Assembly: GCA_022648545.1 (NCBI GenBank)
Contig: JALCMP010000005.1
Coordinates: 11,738-75,737, forward strand
Source: Bacteroidales bacterium
Lineage (GTDB): Bacteria > Bacteroidota > Bacteroidia > Bacteroidales > UBA932
Reading direction: 5' to 3'
Length of the DNA stretch: 64,000 nt
Program-made: the position numbers and the translations under genes
Shown: piece by piece, positions 57,058 through 64,000 of the stretch
Layout of the letters: each line of letters opens with the position of its first letter
How positions within the stretch are numbered: the stretch's first letter is position 1
The notes under the pieces: generated by a model
What the model was told of the DNA's origin: nothing
The model's input: only the letters and a program-made list of their open reading frames with translations
Databases searched by the model: none

Positions 57058-59688
57058 ATGAAAAAAGAGGGAGAAAGCGTAGATACACCGCTGATAAGGC
57101 AATATTTTAAGGTGAAATCGGAACATCCGGAAGCCTTGCTTTTATTCAGGGTCGGCGATTTCTACGAGACGTACGGAGATGATGCGGCGATTTCAAGCAA
57201 GGTTCTGGGGATTGTCTTAACCCGCAGGGCCAATGGGCCGGGCCAATATATAGAGCTGGCCGGTTTTCCTCATCATGCGATAGAATCATATCTTCCCAAG
57301 CTTATAAGAGCAGGATATAAGGTTGCCGTATGCGATCAGCTTGAGGATCCCAAACTTGCGAAAAAGCTTGTGAAAAGAGGAATAACCGAACTTGTCACTC
57401 CGGGCATAGCATATAGCGAGAATATTCTTAACCAAAGGGAAAACAATTTCCTTTGTGCCGTTTATTTTGAAAAGGACAGAGGTGGTGTTGCTTTTTTGGA
57501 TATTTCTACCGGAACATTCAGGGTTTCTCAGGGGGCTCTGGATTATCTGGGTGTTCTTCTGGCTGATTTCGCTCCAAGGGAAGTGGTTCTTCGCAAAGGA
57601 TATGAAAAGGGGTTTTCTGAAAAATTCGGAGATAAATTTTACATATCTGTTATGGACGAATGGGCCTTCGTTCCAGAGGCTTGCGAGGAAAAACTTAAGA
57701 AACAGTTCGATATAGATACTCTTAAAGGATTCGGTATAAGCGATATGCCTCTTGCCGTAACTGCTGCGGGTGCTGTCCTTTTTTATCTCGAGCAAAACAG
57801 GAATTCCGGATTGTCTCAGATATGTTCCATTTCCAGAATAGATGAAGGCAGTTTCGTATGGATGGATAAGTTTACCATACGCAATCTGGAAATTTTTTCT
57901 CCTGCAGGTTCTCCGGACGGAGTCTCGCTTATTCAGGTGATGGACCGCTGTGTCTCTCCTCCTGGTGCAAGATTGTTGCGGAGCTGGATATCCATGCCTC
58001 TTAAGGATATAAAGGCTCTCGACGGGAGATTGTCGGTAGTAGAGTATTTTGTAAGGGAAAGGAATAAATGCGATAACGTAAGGACGCTTTTAAGTAATGT
58101 CGGGGATCTGGAGCGTATAACGGCCAGAGCTGCGGCTGGCAAGATTTCGCCTCGCGAAGTGGTTCAGTTGAAACGCGGTCTTGAACAGGCCGGGCCATTG
58201 AAGAAAATATGCGAAGAATCGGCGAACGGCGCTCTTTCCGGCATAGGATTGCAAATCTCCGTTTTCGAAGAATTGCGTTCTTATATAGGCAAAGTTATGA
58301 AGTCCGAACCTGCGGCGCAATTCGGAAAGGGTGATATAATAGCGGACGGAGTAAGCAGCGAGCTCGACGAATTGCGTAATATTGCCAGACACGGCAAGGA
58401 GACGCTCGCCGGCATACAGAAAAGGGAAGCTGAAAGAACGGGGATCCCGTCTCTCAAAATAAGCTATAATAATGTTTTCGGATATTACCTGGAAGTTCGT
58501 AACGCTTATAAGGAAAAGGTCCCTCCGGAATGGATAAGGAAACAGACGCTTGTTAATGCGGAACGTTATATTACTGAGGAATTAAAAGAATACGAAGAAA
58601 AAATACTCGGGGCGGAAGATAAAATATATGCCCTTGAAGTGTCTATATATCAGGAAGTTATAAAAGAGATTCAAAAGGAAAGCAAAGCTATTCAGGAAAC
58701 GTGCGGAGCTTTGGCCTCCCTGGATTGTCTTGCCGGTTTTGCCGATCTGGCTCTCAGGAATAATTATTGCCGTCCACATATAAACGATTCGCTTTCGATA
58801 GATATCAGGCAGGGAAGACATCCCGTCATAGAGACCATGATGGCTCCGGGCGAGGAGTATGTGGCGAACGATCTTTTTATAGATAATAATTCGCAGCAGA
58901 TTATCATTCTTACGGGACCCAATATGGCAGGTAAGTCCGCCCTGCTCAGACAAACCGCCCTTATTGTTCTTATGGCGCAGGTAGGGTCTTTCGTCCCGGC
59001 GAAAACAGCTGAAATAGGGGTGGTTGATAAGATCTTTACAAGGGTTGGTGCTTCCGATAATATATCCAGAGGCGAATCTACCTTTATGGTTGAAATGCTG
59101 GAGTCTGCAACCATACTGCATAATCTTTCCGCAAGATCGCTGATTCTTCTCGATGAAATAGGACGCGGAACAAGTACCTTCGACGGCATGTCGATAGCAT
59201 GGGCCATAGTGGAGTATATACATAAGAATCCCGGACATGCAAAGACCTTGTTCGCTACTCATTATCATGAGCTTAATGAGTTGGAGCGCTTATATCCGAG
59301 GGTGAAGAATTATCATATTTCCGTAAAGGAAGTGGGGAACAAAGTCATATTCCTCAGGAAATTGTGCAAGGGTGGGGTCGAACGCAGCTTTGGTTTGAAT
59401 GTCGCCCGAATGGCGGGTATGCCGGCAGCCGTTATAGAATCGGCCGAGAAGAAACTCCGGCTTATGGAAAAGCAGAGGAAGGAATCTTCTTCTGTTAAAC
59501 ATGTATCGGAGTTGGAAGATGGCGGATTACAATTATCTTTGTATCAGCTTGACGACCCGCTGCTTTTGGAGATAAAGAATAAATTGAAGGATGCCGATAT
59601 AAATTCCATGTCGCCATTGGATGCATTCGACCTGCTTCGTGAACTTAAAAAGGAAATAGGTGTCGACAGACAGAATAAAAATTCCTAA
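57058..59688 (+). CDS. mutS: DNA mismatch repair protein MutS
   Basis: TPLIRQYFKVKSEHPEALLLFRVGDFYE mismatch-binding N-terminus, Walker A TGPNMAGKS, and DEIGRGTSTFDG. The ATG at 57058 is preferred over the upstream extension at 56968. Confidence 0.95.
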   Translation: MKKEGESVDTPLIRQYFKVKSEHPEALLLFRVGDFYETYGDDAAISSKVLGIVLTRRANGPGQYIELAGFPHHAIESYLPKLIRAGYKVAVCDQLEDPKLAKKLVKRGITELVTPGIAYSENILNQRENNFLCAVYFEKDRGGVAFLDISTGTFRVSQGALDYLGVLLADFAPREVVLRKGYEKGFSEKFGDKFYISVMDEWAFVPEACEEKLKKQFDIDTLKGFGISDMPLAVTAAGAVLFYLEQNRNSGLSQICSISRIDEGSFVWMDKFTIRNLEIFSPAGSPDGVSLIQVMDRCVSPPGARLLRSWISMPLKDIKALDGRLSVVEYFVRERNKCDNVRTLLSNVGDLERITARAAAGKISPREVVQLKRGLEQAGPLKKICEESANGALSGIGLQISVFEELRSYIGKVMKSEPAAQFGKGDIIADGVSSELDELRNIARHGKETLAGIQKREAERTGIPSLKISYNNVFGYYLEVRNAYKEKVPPEWIRKQTLVNAERYITEELKEYEEKILGAEDKIYALEVSIYQEVIKEIQKESKAIQETCGALASLDCLAGFADLALRNNYCRPHINDSLSIDIRQGRHPVIETMMAPGEEYVANDLFIDNNSQQIIILTGPNMAGKSALLRQTALIVLMAQVGSFVPAKTAEIGVVDKIFTRVGASDNISRGESTFMVEMLESATILHNLSARSLILLDEIGRGTSTFDGMSIAWAIVEYIHKNPGHAKTLFATHYHELNELERLYPRVKNYHISVKEVGNKVIFLRKLCKGGVERSFGLNVARMAGMPAAVIESAEKKLRLMEKQRKESSSVKHVSELEDGGLQLSLYQLDDPLLLEIKNKLKDADINSMSPLDAFDLLRELKKEIGVDRQNKNS

Positions 59689-59690
59689 TC

Positions 59691-60998
59691 ATGGCTGTAA
59701 AAAAAATAGTAAAGGATAGTATTATAATGATAAAATTGCTGCGTGAAAGCGTGATGTTCGCAATATCGCAGCTTAAGGGGAATAAGTTCAGGACATTCCT
59801 CAGTCTTTTCGGAGTGAGCATAGGAATCTTTTCCATAATAGCTATTTTTACTGCGGTAGACGGTCTTGATAATAGTGTGAAAAAAGGTCTGTCGAGTTTG
59901 GGGGGAGATGTTGTGCAGTGTTCCAGATGGCCCATGGCGTCGGAAGATGAAAACGGAGAGCAGGATATAAAATCGGATCAGTATAATTGGTTCGACTACA
60001 TAAAGAGGGAACCGATAAAGGAGAAGGATTTCAGATTTCTCAAGGCTAATTCCAAAACTGCTTCCGTAATTACGGAAATAGTGGATTTTAATGTTACGGC
60101 AAAATATAACAGGAATTCCATTAACAGTTGCGGCGTTGTTGCCGTTTCCGAAGGATGGGACAGAATTGCCAAAATAGATATTGCTGAAGGACGGTATTTT
60201 TCCGATAATGAACTTTCTGCTGCACGCAATGTTGTAGTGTTGGGCCATAATATAGTCAAAACGCTTTTCGGGGAAGAAAATCCCATAGGCAAGTTTATTA
60301 AGTTAAAGGGCCGCCGGGTAAGGGTCATAGGTGTTACTGCGGAACAGGGCGACAGTATGATAAATGTTTATGATGCTGATAATCTTGCAGTTGTGCCCTT
60401 TAGTTATGGCGCTACAATGATAAATATCTATTACAGGTGGGTGGATATTTCGGTATTTGCCAAACCACGGGCGGACGTAAGTACGCAGGATTTCATAGAT
60501 GAAACCAGGACGCTCCTCAGAGCCAGCCGCAGGCTGCGTCCGGGTCAGAAGAATGATTTTTCCATAAACAAGATGTCTTTTCTTGCCAATGCCCTTGACA
60601 GTCTTATGTCGATGCTTACCAAGATAGGCTGGATAATAGCCGGCTTTTCGCTTTTGGTAGGAGGCTTCGGGATAGCCAACATAATGTTCGTTTCCGTTAA
60701 GGAAAGGACGAAAATAATAGGAATACAGAAGGCTCTGGGAGCTAAAAAATATGTGATCCTCATGCAGTTCCTTTCAGAAGCCGTGTTCCTGGCCATAGCC
60801 GGAGGTATAATAGGTATAATACTGGTGGTGCTGCTCGTTTCATTGATTCCTGCTTCGGGATCTTTTGTTATGACTATTTCCGTCGTAAACTTATTAAGCG
60901 GCGTTCTTATTTCTATGGTAATAGGCATAATCAGCGGTGTGGCTCCGGCTTATGCAGCTGCCAGACTTGATCCGGTAATAGCTATAAATTCCAAATAG
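59691..60998 (+). CDS. ABC transporter permease, MacB/FtsX-like (MacB periplasmic core domain plus FtsX 4-TM domain)
   Basis: N-terminal TM, a periplasmic domain of about 230 aa, then three C-terminal TMs containing the KALGAKK motif (IGIQKALGAKKYVILMQF). No ATPase gene is adjacent. Confidence 0.85.
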   Translation: MAVKKIVKDSIIMIKLLRESVMFAISQLKGNKFRTFLSLFGVSIGIFSIIAIFTAVDGLDNSVKKGLSSLGGDVVQCSRWPMASEDENGEQDIKSDQYNWFDYIKREPIKEKDFRFLKANSKTASVITEIVDFNVTAKYNRNSINSCGVVAVSEGWDRIAKIDIAEGRYFSDNELSAARNVVVLGHNIVKTLFGEENPIGKFIKLKGRRVRVIGVTAEQGDSMINVYDADNLAVVPFSYGATMINIYYRWVDISVFAKPRADVSTQDFIDETRTLLRASRRLRPGQKNDFSINKMSFLANALDSLMSMLTKIGWIIAGFSLLVGGFGIANIMFVSVKERTKIIGIQKALGAKKYVILMQFLSEAVFLAIAGGIIGIILVVLLVSLIPASGSFVMTISVVNLLSGVLISMVIGIISGVAPAYAAARLDPVIAINSK

Positions 60999-61001
60999 GA
61001 C

Positions 61002-61868
61002 TTATTTCTTTGATAATTCCTCTACCGAGTTGGTAAGTTCTGCGAATTCTTCAACTGACAATTGTTCCGGCCTTCTGTCTAAATATTTGCCGTCGAGTTT
61101 CTTTATATTATCATTGCCGGCAATAGGTTTTATGGAATTCCTTATGGTTTTCCTTCTTTGGAGGAAACATCCCTTTATCACCGATTTAAAAAGGGCTTCG
61201 TTGCATCCCAGCGATGTCCGGCTGTTGCGGGTTACTCTTATCACCGCGGATCTGACCTTGGGCGGAGGGAGGAAGGCTTCGGGCTCAACCGTAAACAGGT
61301 ATTCTATATCGTACCATGCCTGAAGCAGCACCGACAGTATTCCGTATGCCTTGTGTCCCGGAGGACTTGCAAGTCTTTCCGCAACTTCTTTTTGAAGCAT
61401 GCAAACCGTCACCGGAATGCGTTCGCGGTAGTCGAGTATCTTAAAAAATATCTGTGAAGAAATATTATACGGGAAATTCCCTATTATCGCAAAAGAGTTT
61501 TCCGGTCCTCCGAATAAATCATCTACGGGGATGGTCAGGAAGTCTTTTTTCTCAATATCCTTAAGGGCATGAAAAGTCTCTTTTAGAAACGCGACGGATT
61601 CGTCGTCGACTTCTGCAACTTCCAAGTTGATTTTGGGATCTGCCAGAAGGTATTTGGTAAGGACTCCGGTTCCCGGGCCGATTTCCAGTATCGGAATACT
61701 GTTCCCGGGAAGATACTTTTTTAGAAGAGTATAGTCCGTAAGGGCCGAGGTAATTCTCTCTGCAATTGTGTCGTCTTTCAGAAAATGCTGCCCCAGTGCT
61801 TTTTTTGCACGTACCCCGTACTGACTGCAGGCCCTTCCTTTTCCTTTATGATGTTTTGCGTCTTTCAT
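61002..61868 (-). CDS. rsmA: 16S rRNA (adenine1518/1519-N6)-dimethyltransferase
   Basis: KALGQHFL, SAM motif LEIGPGTGVLT and GNFPYNISS. Length is 288 aa. Confidence 0.9.
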   Translation of the reverse strand: MKDAKHHKGKGRACSQYGVRAKKALGQHFLKDDTIAERITSALTDYTLLKKYLPGNSIPILEIGPGTGVLTKYLLADPKINLEVAEVDDESVAFLKETFHALKDIEKKDFLTIPVDDLFGGPENSFAIIGNFPYNISSQIFFKILDYRERIPVTVCMLQKEVAERLASPPGHKAYGILSVLLQAWYDIEYLFTVEPEAFLPPPKVRSAVIRVTRNSRTSLGCNEALFKSVIKGCFLQRRKTIRNSIKPIAGNDNIKKLDGKYLDRRPEQLSVEEFAELTNSVEELSKK

Positions 61869-61918
61869 CTGGTTGCAAAATTATGATTTTTATTTGGTTG
61901 ACCTATCAACTTATTTAG

Positions 61919-61926
61919 TATTTTTG
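61919..61926 (+). promoter_or_regulatory. Candidate -7 box TATTTTTG upstream of aspS
   Basis: Exact TAnnTTTG match 27 nt upstream of the ATG at 61954. Confidence 0.4.
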
Positions 61927-61953
61927 TCGGATAAACCAAATATTAATTAGAAT

Positions 61954-63726
61954 ATGTACAGGACGCATACTTGCGGCGAATTACGCATTAAAGATGTCGG
62001 GAAGAAAGTGACTTTGGCCGGTTGGGTTCAAAGGATACGCAAAATGGGAAGTTTAAGTTTTATAGATTTGCGGGACAGGTACGGTATAACGCAGCTTGTC
62101 GCCGATGCGAATGCTTCCGCCGATATCAATAATGAAATTTCTACTCTTGGAAGGGAATTTGTAATACAGGCCTTGGGATCTGTTGCGGAGCGTTCCAGCA
62201 AGAATTCCAGAATTGAAACGGGCGAAATAGAAATAAAACTGTTGGGGTTGAAGATTTTAAATAAGGCTGAAATACCTCCTTTTACCATTGAAGATAATAC
62301 CGACGGCGGCGAGGATCTGAGGGCGCAGTTCAGATATTTGGATTTGAGAAGGGGCCCTCTTCAGAGGGCAATGCATCTGAGACACGTTATGTCGCAGGAA
62401 ACGAGAAAATATTTAAGCAGCGTAGGTTTCTGGGAAATAGAAACTCCTGTTCTTGTAAAGTCTACTCCTGAAGGAGCCAGAGATTTTGTCGTTCCCAGCA
62501 GAATGAATCCCGGCGAGTTTTATGCTCTTCCGCAGAGTCCGCAGACAATGAAACAATTGCTTATGGTGGCCGGGTACGACAGGTATTTCCAGATTGCCAA
62601 ATGTTTCAGGGACGAGGATCTGAGGGCCGACAGACAACCGGAATTTACCCAGATAGATTGCGAAATGTCGTTCGTGGAGAGGGATGATATAATAGATACG
62701 TTCGAAGGCATGATAAAGCATTTGTTCAAAACGATTCTCAACAGGGATTTTAATGAGCCGTTTATGAAGATGCCTTATAAGGTTGCCATGGATGATTACG
62801 GATCCGACAAGCCTGATATTCGTTTCGGCATGAAAATGCATGAAATTACCGATATGGTTAAGGGTAAGGGATTCGGTGTATTCGACAGTGCCGAATATGT
62901 AGGAGCCATTGCGGTTCCGGGATGCGCCGGATATTCCAGAAAGCAGCTCGACGAACTTACCGAATGGGTTAAAAGACCTCAGGTGGGAGCAAAGGGGCTA
63001 GTTAATATAAAAATAGAAAATGAAGATGCTGTAAAATCGTCGATCGGAAAATTTTATAGCGACGAAGAATTGAAATCCATAGCCGAATCCGCAGGGGCCG
63101 CAGTCGGAGATCTGGTGCTTATTATGTCTGGTCCCGCCAGAAAAACCAAAATCGCTCTTGGAACGTTGAGGATAGAAATGGGCAATCGCCTGGGATTGAG
63201 GGACAGCTCCGTTTTTGCTCCATTATGGGTAGTTGATTTTCCTCTTCTGGAATGGGATGAAGAAACTCAGAGATTTTATGCCGAGCACCATCCTTTTACC
63301 GCACCAAAACCTTCCGATATGGATAAGTTTTACAGCGATAAAAAGGAAGATCTCGAACAGGTTAATGCTGATGCCTATGATTTCATCCTTAATGGTACGG
63401 AAGTAGGCGGAGGTTCCATAAGAATTCATAATTCTGACATTCAGGAAAGGATGTTCCAGGTCCTCGGCATCGGTAAGGAAGAGGCCGATTACAAATTCGG
63501 CTTTCTTATAAATGCTTTTAAATACGGAGCTCCGCCTCACGGAGGCCTTGCATTCGGTCTGGATCGTTTCTGTGCATTGTTCGGAGGGCAGGATTCGATT
63601 CGCGACTATATAGCTTTTCCGAAGAACAACGTCGGGAGGGATATGACGCTTGACGCTCCTTCTGAAATAGAAAAGGTTCAGATGGATGAACTCTGCCTGA
63701 AAACCGTTTCACCTGCCGAAAAATAG
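61954..63726 (+). CDS. aspS: Aspartate--tRNA ligase
   Basis: [12 protein letters not shown]-terminus, class II motifs [26 protein letters not shown] and [12 protein letters not shown]. Length is 590 aa. Confidence 0.95.
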   Translation: MYRTHTCGELRIKDVGKKVTLAGWVQRIRKMGSLSFIDLRDRYGITQLVADANASADINNEISTLGREFVIQALGSVAERSSKNSRIETGEIEIKLLGLKILNKAEIPPFTIEDNTDGGEDLRAQFRYLDLRRGPLQRAMHLRHVMSQETRKYLSSVGFWEIETPVLVKSTPEGARDFVVPSRMNPGEFYALPQSPQTMKQLLMVAGYDRYFQIAKCFRDEDLRADRQPEFTQIDCEMSFVERDDIIDTFEGMIKHLFKTILNRDFNEPFMKMPYKVAMDDYGSDKPDIRFGMKMHEITDMVKGKGFGVFDSAEYVGAIAVPGCAGYSRKQLDELTEWVKRPQVGAKGLVNIKIENEDAVKSSIGKFYSDEELKSIAESAGAAVGDLVLIMSGPARKTKIALGTLRIEMGNRLGLRDSSVFAPLWVVDFPLLEWDEETQRFYAEHHPFTAPKPSDMDKFYSDKKEDLEQVNADAYDFILNGTEVGGGSIRIHNSDIQERMFQVLGIGKEEADYKFGFLINAFKYGAPPHGGLAFGLDRFCALFGGQDSIRDYIAFPKNNVGRDMTLDAPSEIEKVQMDELCLKTVSPAEK

Positions 63727-63746
63727 ATTAAAAATAAATATTTATT

Positions 63747-64000
63747 ATGAGTCTGGAAGAACAAATCCAACAGGATATAAAGGCTGCCATGATAGCCAAG
63801 AACAAGGTAAAACTGGAATCGCTGAGAGCCGTAAAGGCCGAGATATTGCTCGCCAAAACTTCCGACGGTTCTTCTTCCATTGAGGATTCTGCCGTGATGA
63901 AGCTTATTCAAAAGCTTGTAAAACAGCGTCAGGAATCTGCCGAAATTTACAAACAAAACAATCGTGCCGAGCTGGCCGAAAACGAACTGGCACAAGCTTC
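63747..64000 (+). CDS. GatB/YqeY domain-containing protein, N-terminal fragment (runs off the window)
   Basis: Hand translation from the ATG at 63747 gives MSLEEQIQQDIKAAMIAKNKVKLESLRAVKAEILLAKTSDG...KLIQKLVKQRQESAEIYKQNNRAELAENELAQA, which is the typical YqeY pattern. It is not in the ORF track because no stop falls inside the window. Confidence 0.8.
   Translation, partial: MSLEEQIQQDIKAAMIAKNKVKLESLRAVKAEILLAKTSDGSSSIEDSAVMKLIQKLVKQRQESAEIYKQNNRAELAENELAQA

Noticed and set aside
1-64000. Search for a CRISPR array, tandem or direct repeats, IS elements, or defence and toxin-antitoxin modules across the window.
   Set aside because: No regularly spaced repeats, inverted-repeat-bounded elements or characteristic defence genes were seen. 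The only recurrent short elements are terminator palindromes and TAnnTTTG promoter boxes. A computational repeat scan would be needed to exclude short dispersed repeats.

Overview
The window looks like an AT-rich, gene-dense stretch of core chromosome from a member of the Bacteroidota, probably Bacteroidales. The evidence for that placement is recurrent TAnnTTTG -7 promoter boxes, no Shine-Dalgarno-like leaders, a FrdAB-type fumarate reductase, a TonB/GH20/lipoprotein repertoire and a GldE/LptC/PpiD envelope cluster. I can support about 50 protein-coding genes (two are partial at the window edges), two tRNA genes (tRNA-Pro UGG and tRNA-Thr CGU), several intrinsic-terminator hairpins and nine candidate promoter boxes. 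Most genes are housekeeping:
- DNA replication and repair: dnaE, mutS, mfd, ruvA, ruvB.
- Translation and RNA: glyQS, aspS, mnmG, ybeY, rsmA, rnr, hflX, ychF.
- Folate and thymidylate: folK, folA, thyA.
- Fe-S assembly: sufS, sufE, a DUF59 protein.
- Central metabolism: gpmI, gcvH, frdAB, coaX.
Many ORF-track N-termini begin at TTG. I trimmed these to the first in-frame ATG that restores a canonical N-terminus. I saw no CRISPR array, integrase, transposase, prophage, toxin-antitoxin pair or recognisable defence island, so this is not an obvious accessory region. The best candidates for undescribed biology are function-unknown operons embedded in the core:
1. A 1335-aa single-chain fusion of two BcrAD/BadFG activase ATPases with 2-hydroxyacyl-CoA-dehydratase-like halves, next to a divergent AraC regulator.
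2. A serine-hydrolase / GT-B glycosyltransferase / YfhO-like polytopic membrane protein operon.
3. A translationally coupled coaX / beta-barrel / TPR / LptC-like / GldE-like / PpiD envelope cluster.
4. frdAB with no membrane-anchor gene alongside.
5. A tRNA-Thr embedded in a sufS-sufE-DUF59-folK-glyQS gene string.
All functional calls come from motif recognition by eye. No database search was run.
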